Shown here in pieces: positions 7,910 through 16,398 of a DNA stretch of 64,000 nt. The position numbers were made by a program, and so were the translations under genes. The stretch spans positions 612 through 64,611 of the forward strand of contig CAVZZS010000010.1 in NCBI GenBank assembly GCA_963779925.1. The letters run 5' to 3'. This DNA comes from an uncultured Nanoarchaeota archaeon (lineage in GTDB: Archaea; Nanobdellota; Nanobdellia; Pacearchaeales; GW2011-AR1). The stretch's first letter is position 1. Each line of letters begins with the position of its first letter. The notes beneath the pieces are model-generated. The model saw only the letters and a program-made list of their open reading frames with translations. It searched no databases and was not told the origin of the DNA.

Positions 7910-8251
7910 ATGAAGTATGAAATTGAAGAGCGAAAAGAAAAAGAGAAATACGGATTTATTGGGATGAATATTTTTGCAGCAAGAGCTCACGGAATTAATT
8001 GGCCCAAGAAACACGGACAGCATGTGATCAGAATTTACAAGAAAGTTCCAAAGAGCGTGAGGCTTCATACGATCCGCCATGAGGAATGCGAGCAGTATTT
8101 CATGAAGAATTTCCATTATTCCTACCATGATGCCCATCAGCTTGCCCTGAAATTTGAAAAATATGAGAAGCCTTTTCCAAAAAAGAATATTAAGAGAGAA
8201 CTTGAAAAAATCGGTTTGATTACAAGTAAAATAAAGGCAAAGAAAAAATGA
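7910..8251 (+). CDS. hypothetical basic protein
   Basis: 113 aa ORF whose stop overlaps the next start (ATGA). Confidence 0.45.
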   Translation: MKYEIEERKEKEKYGFIGMNIFAARAHGINWPKKHGQHVIRIYKKVPKSVRLHTIRHEECEQYFMKNFHYSYHDAHQLALKFEKYEKPFPKKNIKRELEKIGLITSKIKAKKK

Positions 8252-8703
8252 GTTATCCCCCTTATCCTAAGAAAAAACGAAGCGGAATGTGGATTATAGT
8301 TTTATTGGTTGTAGTAGGGGTTATTATTTATGCAAACAGCAAGGGGATTATAAATCTCGGCTCTCTGAATTTTGGAAATTTCAGCATGTCAGGAAACCAG
8401 AGTGGCACAGCATGCATACAGAAAGTTAATTCATGCGGCAGCATCATAAACCAGAAATATGGATCTAATGTGAATGTGTTAAACAGCACAATAGCGCAAA
8501 ATGCCAACGATGCAAATCAGTTTTTGGCAACATGGAAAAGTTCTTCAGAATCGGCAAGTATTGCAACTTACAATGTTTCTTCATATCCCATCACTTTGGT
8601 AGCAACGAGATTTGACAATACAGATGGGACAAAAACGCCTTATGTATTTATCTGCAAATCTGATGGAAATCTGGAAGAGAAAACAAATTCAGGTCTCTGC
8701 TGA
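8248..8703 (+). CDS. single-pass membrane protein with an extracellular domain
   Basis: Short basic N-terminus, one TM (WIIVLLVVVGVIIYA), and a Cys-containing ectodomain of about 110 aa. Confidence 0.5.
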   Translation: MSYPPYPKKKRSGMWIIVLLVVVGVIIYANSKGIINLGSLNFGNFSMSGNQSGTACIQKVNSCGSIINQKYGSNVNVLNSTIAQNANDANQFLATWKSSSESASIATYNVSSYPITLVATRFDNTDGTKTPYVFICKSDGNLEEKTNSGLC

Positions 8704-9537
8704 TTTTTTTGAGGTTAAGCCATTCGCAATTTTTATCTTACTCTCTATTTTGAATAATTTTTGCCGTATCCTTTCGCCTGTAATTCCGTATTCCTCGCCA
8801 AGGCTTTCATTAGTTCGGGGATAAGGAAAGCCGTTCAATCCATATTTTTTGTATAATATTTCTTTTTCTTCTGGCGTTAAATTCGCTTTTTTCAGGCTCT
8901 TTTGCAAAAATTGTTGATCATGTTCACTGTTCTCGCGTGTTTCCTGCTGCTGTTGAGGTCGATTATCAACTGCACGGGCTCCCCGTTCTTCTTCTCCATC
9001 ATCATAAGTAGAATCTATAGAGATAGGATCTGAAAATTGAAGAAGTTCTTCTACACTATCAACAGGCAAAGAAGAAATTTCTGCCAATTGCTCTATTGTT
9101 GGTTTTCTGCCATGTCTCTTCACATAATTTTCAGATTCTGAATTTAATCTGTCTGATTTTATTGCTTGATTAACCGGCAATTTAATAGTTCTGCTCTTAG
9201 ATATTATCGCATTTAGAATGGATTGTCTAATCCACCAGATTGCATATGCTCTAAAGTTTCGATTCTCTTTATTGGGATCATAGCGATCTATGCATTTCAT
9301 CAGTCCAATTCGGCCTTCCTGAATCAGATCTCCAAATTCCAGACTTCGCCTGTGTTTAAGATATCCCGTATAGTGTCCGGCAATAGCAGTTACTAAAGGG
9401 AGGTGAGTTTCAATTAATTTATCTTTAAGAGATTTATCTCTTGTATCTAGATATTCTCTGAATAATTCGTCAAAGTCCCAGCTATTATTCCACATATCCT
9501 TGCCATCTATATATCTTAAAAAAATATCTTTTGCCAT
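8689..9537 (-). CDS. bacterial-type sigma-70 family RNA polymerase sigma factor
   Basis: Region 2: DLIQEGRIGLMKCIDRYDP and FRAYAIWWIRQSILNAI. Region 3.0: SRTIKLPVNQ. Region 4: LTPEEKEILYKKYGL and SLGEEYGITGERIRQ. Confidence 0.85.
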   Translation of the reverse strand: MAKDIFLRYIDGKDMWNNSWDFDELFREYLDTRDKSLKDKLIETHLPLVTAIAGHYTGYLKHRRSLEFGDLIQEGRIGLMKCIDRYDPNKENRNFRAYAIWWIRQSILNAIISKSRTIKLPVNQAIKSDRLNSESENYVKRHGRKPTIEQLAEISSLPVDSVEELLQFSDPISIDSTYDDGEEERGARAVDNRPQQQQETRENSEHDQQFLQKSLKKANLTPEEKEILYKKYGLNGFPYPRTNESLGEEYGITGERIRQKLFKIESKIKIANGLTSKKSAET

Positions 9538-9584
9538 AAGTCAAAAAAATTTGTTTTGCTTAAAAGAGTATCTACTGAGAAAGA

Positions 9585-10886
9585 TTACTTTTGCTTAACC
9601 GGACTCTTTATCTCCTTTTGCCCGCCCATATAAGGCTGAAGAACGGTTGGAATTTTTATGCTTCCGTCAGCCATCTGATTATTTTCCATCACCGCAATCA
9701 GCGCTCTTGGAGAGGCAAGAACAGTATTATTGAGAGTATGGGCAAAATATCTCTGGCCTTTTCCTTCTATTTTAATATTGAGCCTCCTTGCCTGAGCATC
9801 GGTGAGATTGCTGCAGCTCCCTACTTCGAAATATTTCTTCTGCCTTGGGGACCATGCTTCAACATCGCAGCTCTTTGCCTTTAAGTCCGCCAGATCACCC
9901 GAGCATATTTCCAAAACTCTTAATGGGACATTTAATTCTTTAAAGACTTCAACGGTATAATTTTTCATCTTGTCATATAATTTGTAAGAATCTTCAGGCT
10001 CGCAGATTACAATCATTTCCTGCTTCTCAAACTGATGCAGCCTGTAAAAGCCTTTTTCTTCAATGCCATGGGAGCCGACTTCCTTTCTGAAGCAAGGAGA
10101 ATAGCTTGTCAGTTTAAGGGGAAGCTCTTTTGAGAGAAGTGTTTTGTCAATGAATCTTCCTATCATGGAATGCTCTGATGTTCCGATAAGATAGAGATCT
10201 TCGCCTTCAATTTTGTACATCATGTTGTCCATTTCCTTGAAGCTCATGACTCCTTCAACGACTTTTCTTCTTATCATGAATGGAGGTATTACATAGGTGA
10301 ATCCCTGCTTTATCATGTAATCTCTTGCAAATGCCAGCATTGATGAATGGAGGCGTGCAAGATCTCCCAGCAGGTAATAGAACCCGTTTCCGGATGTTTC
10401 CCTTGCAGAGTCAAAATCAACGCCGTTTAATTTCTCCGCGAGTTCAGCATGATTCAATATTTCATATTTTGGAACAGGAGGATTTCCTTTTGGAATCCTT
10501 TCTATTTCAACATTTTCAGAATCGTCTTTTCCTATTGGCACGGATTCATGGATTATGTTAGGAATCTGCTTCAATAATTGGTCTCTCTTTTCTTCAAGGG
10601 TCTTTGTTTTTTTCTCGCTGTTCGAGATTTTATCCGGAAGGTCTTTTGCTTCTTTGATCAGTTCCTTTGCTTTTTTTTCATTCTTGGCCTTTTTTGCCTG
10701 GTTGATATTTTCAGAAATCTCATTCCTCTGCTTTCTCAGCTTGTCGCCATTCTGCTTTTCCTTCCTCCACTTGTTGTCTAGTTCAAGAACTTGGTCGACA
10801 ACAGGCAGCTTGTCATGCTGGAACTTTTTCTTGATATTTGCCTTGACAATCTCCGGATTTTCCCTCAGAAGCTTGATGTCAATCAT
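9585..10886 (-). CDS. serS: seryl-tRNA synthetase
   Basis: N-terminal coiled-coil arm and class II core (FYRLHQFEKQEM, TSEHSMIGRF, GSCSNLTDAQARRL). Confidence 0.95.
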   Translation of the reverse strand: MIDIKLLRENPEIVKANIKKKFQHDKLPVVDQVLELDNKWRKEKQNGDKLRKQRNEISENINQAKKAKNEKKAKELIKEAKDLPDKISNSEKKTKTLEEKRDQLLKQIPNIIHESVPIGKDDSENVEIERIPKGNPPVPKYEILNHAELAEKLNGVDFDSARETSGNGFYYLLGDLARLHSSMLAFARDYMIKQGFTYVIPPFMIRRKVVEGVMSFKEMDNMMYKIEGEDLYLIGTSEHSMIGRFIDKTLLSKELPLKLTSYSPCFRKEVGSHGIEEKGFYRLHQFEKQEMIVICEPEDSYKLYDKMKNYTVEVFKELNVPLRVLEICSGDLADLKAKSCDVEAWSPRQKKYFEVGSCSNLTDAQARRLNIKIEGKGQRYFAHTLNNTVLASPRALIAVMENNQMADGSIKIPTVLQPYMGGQKEIKSPVKQK

Positions 10887-11024
10887 GGAAAATTTAATTG
10901 AATATTCTATTTAAATTTAATGAAATGGTTAAATTCTATTAGTTTTTTGTAATTATATCCAATCTATTTTCAAGAAAGATTTAATTCTAATAAAACTTAA
11001 AAAGCCAGTAATATTACGGCTTAT

Positions 11025-11786
11025 ATGAACCTTAAGGGGTTTTTTAAAATATTTCTAATGATTTCTCCATTAATTTTTTTAATTTTATACTTTTCCCTTA
11101 TTAATATTCATTCTTCCCAAAATAGCGATAATTCTTCCAAAAATGAATCACAAAATTTCACACTTGATAATTCTTATTTGACGCCTAATATAACTCAACC
11201 AAGTATTCAACAAACTCCAATCAAGTCTGCTGATCCAAGAGATAGCATGGATATTTGGTATTGGACATTACCAATTCATTATACTTTTTCAAAAGATAGC
11301 TCCTGTAGTGATGAAACAAAAATGCGAGTTCAAGATGCGATGAATATAATAAACAAGAATACAGATAATTATGTTTCTTTTCAAGAAGATTCTGATTTGA
11401 CTAATACAAGTGGGGATTATAAAGGAATTTATTTTTCTTGCATAGACCAATATAATGATACTCCAAGATCAGAAACTGAAGGAGATGCAAGTTTCTATTA
11501 TTACATTGGAACTAGAGAAATCTCTTCTGGTTCTATAGAATTATACAAACCAAATAGGGCTCAATACGAGTACTGCATGGGTTATCCTGATGTGGAAATA
11601 CATGAAATATTACATACAATGGGATTAGATCATATAACAGGTAGAGCAAGTATTATGAATTCAATTGCTCAAGAGGGATGTTTTAATTTAGACAAAGAGA
11701 TTTCAGATTGTTTAGAGTATATATATTCAAAAGGGCAACAAAATTATTCTTGCCAAGGAATTCCATTTCAGAGTGAAAGTCAATAA
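11025..11786 (+). CDS. secreted metzincin-type zinc metalloprotease
   Basis: Signal/TM N-terminus. HEILHTMGLDH matches HExxHxxGxxH, followed by SIMN (Met-turn). Confidence 0.8.
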   Translation: MNLKGFFKIFLMISPLIFLILYFSLINIHSSQNSDNSSKNESQNFTLDNSYLTPNITQPSIQQTPIKSADPRDSMDIWYWTLPIHYTFSKDSSCSDETKMRVQDAMNIINKNTDNYVSFQEDSDLTNTSGDYKGIYFSCIDQYNDTPRSETEGDASFYYYIGTREISSGSIELYKPNRAQYEYCMGYPDVEIHEILHTMGLDHITGRASIMNSIAQEGCFNLDKEISDCLEYIYSKGQQNYSCQGIPFQSESQ

Positions 11787-11799
11787 AAAGATAAATTTA

Positions 11800-12063
11800 T
11801 TATTCTGATTTCATCGAATTAATCAGAATTACCGCGCCAAGAGCGACAACAAATAATGCTACTATCCCCGTAATTATCCCACCAGACTGCAAGGTTCCTA
11901 TGACCCCCGCAGTGATTGAACCGGTATTGCAGGTAATAGTCTGATTCAAGCTGCAAGCCTTTATTCCGCCATCTGAAGAGCCTTTTACAACGCTGAAAAT
12001 GCCTAATATGCCTGCAAGTATAAGTGCCAATGACATTGCAATCATAAAACCTTTATTCTTCAT
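11800..12063 (-). CDS. small membrane protein carrying the shared C-terminal anchor module
   Basis: 87 aa with an N-terminal TM. The tail ITAGVIGTLQSGGIITGIVALFVVALGAVIL aligns with the tails of the two upstream genes. Confidence 0.5.
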   Translation of the reverse strand: MKNKGFMIAMSLALILAGILGIFSVVKGSSDGGIKACSLNQTITCNTGSITAGVIGTLQSGGIITGIVALFVVALGAVILINSMKSE

Positions 12064-12097
12064 TAATAGAAATATGGGAAGATTTATTTAAATCTTT

Positions 12098-12685
12098 TTA
12101 TTTTTCTTCAACTACAGGAAAATTCTTCTTGTATTTCTTTCTTGCTCTGACGATTATAATAGCAATCACAAGCACAACTGCGAATGCAACTATTCCGATT
12201 ATTCCGCCCGCAGAACTCAATGGGCTGGTAACTCCGCCTGTCAAGGGCGCTGAACTTGTAAATGGATTGCTTGTATTTGACAAAATAGTATCATTTGTCA
12301 TAACATTAGGAGAAAATAGGCTACCATTGGAAGAATTCTGGATTTCATTTGCAGGGAGAACATTCACAGTCCTGTTTGCTTTTGCAATATTTCCTGAAGA
12401 GTCTGTAGAAGTGTATAAGACATAATAAGTTCCAAGAGCGCTAGTATCCACAGCATTTACAGTCAGCATATGGACAGTTATATTACCATCACGATTATCT
12501 ATAGCATTTGCACCAGCATCAATATACTGGCTTCCCAAAGCTATGTTGACAATAGAATTACCATTTAAAGTTATTACTGGGGGAATAGTGTCAGGAGAAT
12601 ATGAACTCGCATTAATTCCTGCGGAAATCATAATGATAGATAATAAGAAAACAGATGATATAAACAATGCAGCTCTTTTATTCAT
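12098..12685 (-). CDS. surface protein with an Ig-like (DUF5011-type) domain and C-terminal anchor
   Basis: PPVITLNGNSIVNIALGSQYIDAGANAIDNRDGNIT ... YYVLYTSTDSSGN matches the DUF5011 pattern. Tail APLTGG-x11-TM-RARKKYKK. Confidence 0.7.
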   Translation of the reverse strand: MNKRAALFISSVFLLSIIMISAGINASSYSPDTIPPVITLNGNSIVNIALGSQYIDAGANAIDNRDGNITVHMLTVNAVDTSALGTYYVLYTSTDSSGNIAKANRTVNVLPANEIQNSSNGSLFSPNVMTNDTILSNTSNPFTSSAPLTGGVTSPLSSAGGIIGIVAFAVVLVIAIIIVRARKKYKKNFPVVEEK

Positions 12686-12738
12686 AAAAAGATTATAGAA
12701 AATTGATATTTAAAGTTATTCGTTCTTAATTGTATATT

Positions 12739-14606
12739 TTAATTCAAATTCTTATTTTTGTTCTTCTTTCTTACTCTAATAATTATTATTGCCAAAACCA
12801 ATATAACAAATGCTATAATTCCGATGATTCCTGTTGGTGATGTTAAAGCACCAATTGCTGCACCTGTTATCGGAGCAGTTGTAGTCGTTCCATTCACAGG
12901 AGTCTGAGTAGATGTAGTGTTTGCTATAGGAGAAGATATGTTAGTTATTGTTGTGTTTGTGTTAGTTGTATTAGCATTACTTGTAGGAGGGACATAACTT
13001 GCTCCTCCGCCTCCACCGCCTGCACTTGTACTTGTTCCGGAAATAGTTGAAGCAGGAACAGTTGGAAGATAAGTCATGAATTCAGTAAAATGCATTGTAC
13101 TAATTATCGTATCTGTTCCATTATCATAATAACAAATTCCAGATGTTTTAGCGCAAGTTTCCAAATCTGTTGTTGTATTTGCAGATATTTGTGTAAAAGT
13201 TAATCCCCCATCATTTGAATATGCTATATGCTTTCCTGTTACTCCTGGAATGGTTATATTTACCGGTTGACTGAAATTTAAATTATTTCCACCAACATCA
13301 ATAATTTCACCAAGTCCATTAACAAATCCATTAGGATAATAATCTCCAGGAACATTTGAAGTAGCTGCTGGTGCTCCAACATTTAATACTTGTGGAGCAT
13401 TTAATGTTCCATCCCATGTAGAATTTCCTGTAATATTTGTTCCAGAAGGAATTACAACTTGAATATTATTTAAATCATTTGAGGTTAAAATTATATTTGC
13501 TGGAACTGTAACATTTAATCTTCCTGAGTCATTTCCAGTCATAAAAGATGTCAAATTCAAGTAGGAAGTATCAGTGTCTGGAACAATATTTGCTTGAGAA
13601 AGGATAGTATATACTGCTTGTACTGATTCACTATTTACTTCTGAAACTTCATTCGTACCATCATTACCAGGAGCTGAATCATACCAGCCACCAATTATAC
13701 CCTTATAATTTTGATTACTTGTAAGCCATAATTGTCCATTTATTGCATCTTTAAAATCTCCAGCATCCATTAGTGCCATTATAGCATAAGCTGTATCTTG
13801 AACATATCCATTAGCATCACTCCAAGAACCATTCATCTGTTGAGATACAATTAAAGCATCTTTTGCGCTTGAATTTCCTGCTTCAACCAAACCAACTAAT
13901 CCAATAATGTATGTAGGATCAGATACATTTGTAATAATTAAAGGAGAGTTAGTATTAATAGTATTTATCAAGCTATTTGCCCAAGGAGAATTACCTGCCA
14001 TTTTAGCATCATCTATATAATTATACAAATCCCAGACAATTAATCCTTCATTGCTTGTTCCTCTATAAACTTTATTTGCTGTGAGCAAATCTGAACCAGA
14101 ACTATATGCATTCATAACTTTGTTCATCAAGAGGTTTGCTTCGGTTGTATAAGAATTAATCCTGCTAATATTCCCTAAATCATAAAGAAATTTTACATTA
14201 ACAGAATTAATGTTATTGCTAGTGGGATCACTATTGGGGTCAACCATTATCGTTGGAAGTTTATTAGTGTACATATTAAGCAGATAGTTTCCAGTCTTTT
14301 CTGCAGCCGTAAGATATGATATATTCCCAGTTATTTTATATGAATTTAACAAACTTTCAGCAGTTATTCCAGCTATATTCATATAAGTTGTTGAAGTTGG
14401 ACTAGTTGCATTTGTAATAGTCCAATCCCATGAACCATTTGCATTTTGCAAATTGACTAATCTATTAGAAGCGTTTATAATTGCAGTTTTTGCATCGGTA
14501 TATTGGCTAGTATTCAGATTTGTTTGTGCACTAACAACTCCTAGAAAGCCGATAAGAATTAAAGCAAATAGAGAGAGAGAGTTAAAAGATTAAATCTTTT
14601 ATTCAT
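12739..14606 (-). CDS. large surface protein with alpha/alpha-toroid (prenyltransferase/terpene-cyclase-like) repeats; its ATG is out of frame because of a (CT)6 tract
   Basis: The track ORF 12739..14451 starts at TTG without a signal peptide. The same frame stays open up to the ATG at 14606. Removing one CT unit gives MNKRFNLLTLSLFALILIGFLGVVSAQT. Repeats of NGSW..D type. Tail APITGA-x11-TM-RVRKKNKNK. Confidence 0.65.
14570..14581 (-). repeat. (CT)6 dinucleotide tract ((AG)6 on the plus strand) inside signal-peptide codons
   Basis: Plus strand reads agagagagagag at 14570..14581, starting 25 nt downstream of the ATG at 14606 on the minus strand. Confidence 0.9.
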
Positions 14607-14643
14607 GAAAAATCTAAAAGAACAGCGCTTTTAAATCTTTTTA

Positions 14644-14940
14644 TCAATGTGTTGAATTAGATTCCAAGTCTCCTAATTCATAGCTTCTAAGAACTTCATG
14701 ATACCATTTTCCATTCTGGCTTACGGCCTGATACTCCGCAGTAACTTCTTTTCCATTGGAGACATATTTCACTTCTATCATAAATTGCCCTGTTAGTCTT
14801 ATGCTCGCCCATTCCATAGATTTCAGGTCTAGTTCCATTGATTCGGGAATGAATGGTTGCGGGACAGGAATCTTTGGTCCTGCAGACACGGAAGTCAGCA
14901 GTGTAGCTGAAAGAAGAAGAATCCTGGCTAAATTTTTCAT
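14644..14940 (-). CDS. small secreted protein
   Basis: 98 aa with Ala/Leu-type signal MKNLARILLLSATLLTSVSAGP, followed by a beta-rich mature part. Confidence 0.55.
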   Translation of the reverse strand: MKNLARILLLSATLLTSVSAGPKIPVPQPFIPESMELDLKSMEWASIRLTGQFMIEVKYVSNGKEVTAEYQAVSQNGKWYHEVLRSYELGDLESNSTH

Positions 14941-14990
14941 CCAGTATAGATTCAGAATTCGTTTAAAAACATTGTTGCAAACTCTGGAAT

Positions 14991-15308
14991 TTATCTCAGC
15001 ATCAGCACTACTTGGACAATGCCCAATAAAGAAAGAACTATTGTAAGGATTAAAAGCAGTTTATTCGTCTTTTTTTGCCCCGCCTGATTAAGAAACTGTA
15101 TTCCCAAAGAAGTTATTCTGTATGAAACTGCGCTTGACAGGTTTGGCGTCCCTCTTGGAACTTTTTCTATCAATTTATTTCTCTCAAGGGTAGTTATAGT
15201 ATCCACATCAAAGCCGTCCACGCTCGTTAAAGTGCCGCTGCCTGTAACCATATCCTTAGGGAATATTCTCTCCAAATGCTCCAGTAATTTCAATGTAGAC
15301 TTTTCCAT
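14991..15308 (-). CDS. winged-helix-like protein with a C-terminal TM anchor
   Basis: 105 aa with a hydrophobic C-terminus LLLILTIVLSLLGIVQVVLML. Confidence 0.45.
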   Translation of the reverse strand: MEKSTLKLLEHLERIFPKDMVTGSGTLTSVDGFDVDTITTLERNKLIEKVPRGTPNLSSAVSYRITSLGIQFLNQAGQKKTNKLLLILTIVLSLLGIVQVVLMLR

Positions 15309-15339
15309 TTGATTATATGCAGATATATAGATAATAACA

Positions 15340-15347
15340 TTTTTAAA
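15340..15347 (+). promoter_or_regulatory. candidate TATA box (TTTTTAAA) for rps10
   Basis: Centred about 26 nt upstream of the ATG at 15369. The same spacing is seen at thyA, infB and serS, which is consistent with leaderless transcripts. Confidence 0.3.
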
Positions 15348-15368
15348 CTATTTCCTGAATATACTTTT

Positions 15369-15677
15369 ATGGTAAAAGCAAGAATCAAGCTCAACAGCAT
15401 AGATATAGAGATGCTAAATGAAATCTGCAATTCTATTAAAGATATTGCCGACAAATCAGGAGTCACAATCAGCGGCCCTGTTCCTCTGCCTACAAAAAAA
15501 CTGAAAATAACCACAAGAAAATCCCCATGTGGAAATGGGACAGCAACATTTGATAATTTTGAAATGAGAATTCACAAAAGATTGATTGATCTGCCTGCAA
15601 ATGAAAAAGTTTTGCACCACATCATGAGAATGAGAATTCCGAAGAACGTCAACATAAAAATAGAGATGAAGGAATAA
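15369..15677 (+). CDS. rps10: 30S ribosomal protein uS10
   Basis: KARIKLNSIDIEMLNEICNSI ... SGPVPLPTKKLKITTRKSPCG ... FEMRIHKRLIDL. The internal ATG at 15369 is preferred over the track start. Confidence 0.9.
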   Translation: MVKARIKLNSIDIEMLNEICNSIKDIADKSGVTISGPVPLPTKKLKITTRKSPCGNGTATFDNFEMRIHKRLIDLPANEKVLHHIMRMRIPKNVNIKIEMKE

Positions 15678-15728
15678 TTTGGATTTTCCGTCCATAAGTC
15701 TTATAAATCATTCATAGGATGAAGTGTT

Positions 15729-16343
15729 ATGGAAAAAAATAATTCTACCAAAGAAATAGAAGAAAAAATAATTGAAGTCGGGCTTAGAATAGCCAGAAGG
15801 GGAGAAGGCGCTTTGATCGTTCTCGGAAAAGCAAATTTCAAGCCTCTTGTCGAGCAGAAAGTTCCTCCGTTCAAAATCGTTGATAATCTGAAATTATTGG
15901 AATCCCTTGCATTGATTGATGGCGCTGTTATAATCAATCATGAAGGCATAATGGAGAATTATGGGGTCATGATTGAATCAAGAAAGACAATGCAGGGTTA
16001 TGGGACACGCCATAGTGCAGGATTGAATGCTTCTCTGATCAAAGGCACAACTGCTTTTGTAATCTCAGAAGAAGATAAAAAAATAAGAGTCTTCAAAGAG
16101 GGGAAGGTTGTGCTTCAGATAGATGCCCTTGAAAAAGGCATAGAAAAGAGGACCCCTGAAATCGGCGGGATTCTTGCAAGTATAGGTGCAGGGACAATCG
16201 GGACTCTCGGAGTTGGAATGCTCATTCCGAATATAGGATTGACTTTGATTCCAGGCGTGATAATATTCGGTTCGACATATTTTCTGCTCAAGAAATTAAA
16301 TGATGCAAACCAGAACAAGAAATTATGGTCCTGGTTCTTTTAA
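15729..16343 (+). CDS. DisA_N/DAC-domain protein (putative diadenylate cyclase) with a C-terminal membrane region
   Basis: GEGALIVLGK, LIDGAVIIN, GTRHSAGLNAS and AFVISEEDKKIRVFKEGK follow the DAC pattern (GALIV, DGA, RHR, SEE). The C-terminus has two hydrophobic segments. Confidence 0.6.
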   Translation: MEKNNSTKEIEEKIIEVGLRIARRGEGALIVLGKANFKPLVEQKVPPFKIVDNLKLLESLALIDGAVIINHEGIMENYGVMIESRKTMQGYGTRHSAGLNASLIKGTTAFVISEEDKKIRVFKEGKVVLQIDALEKGIEKRTPEIGGILASIGAGTIGTLGVGMLIPNIGLTLIPGVIIFGSTYFLLKKLNDANQNKKLWSWFF

Positions 16344-16367
16344 TAATAATACTCTGCAATAGATTTC

Positions 16368-16375
16368 TTTAAAAA
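16368..16375 (+). promoter_or_regulatory. candidate TATA box (TTTAAAAA) for thyA-tmk
   Basis: Centred about 28 nt upstream of the ATG at 16399. Confidence 0.3.
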
Positions 16376-16398
16376 CGAAATAGATTAATTCTCATTTA

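Noticed and set aside
12930-13030. Low-complexity Thr/Asn/Gly-coding tract (TSNANTTNTNTTITN, GGGGGG) in the large surface protein, and the G8 tract at about 62468-62491 in the FtsX permease
   Set aside because: These are interpreted as ordinary glycosylated or flexible linkers. They are in frame, and there is no evidence of a regulatory role.
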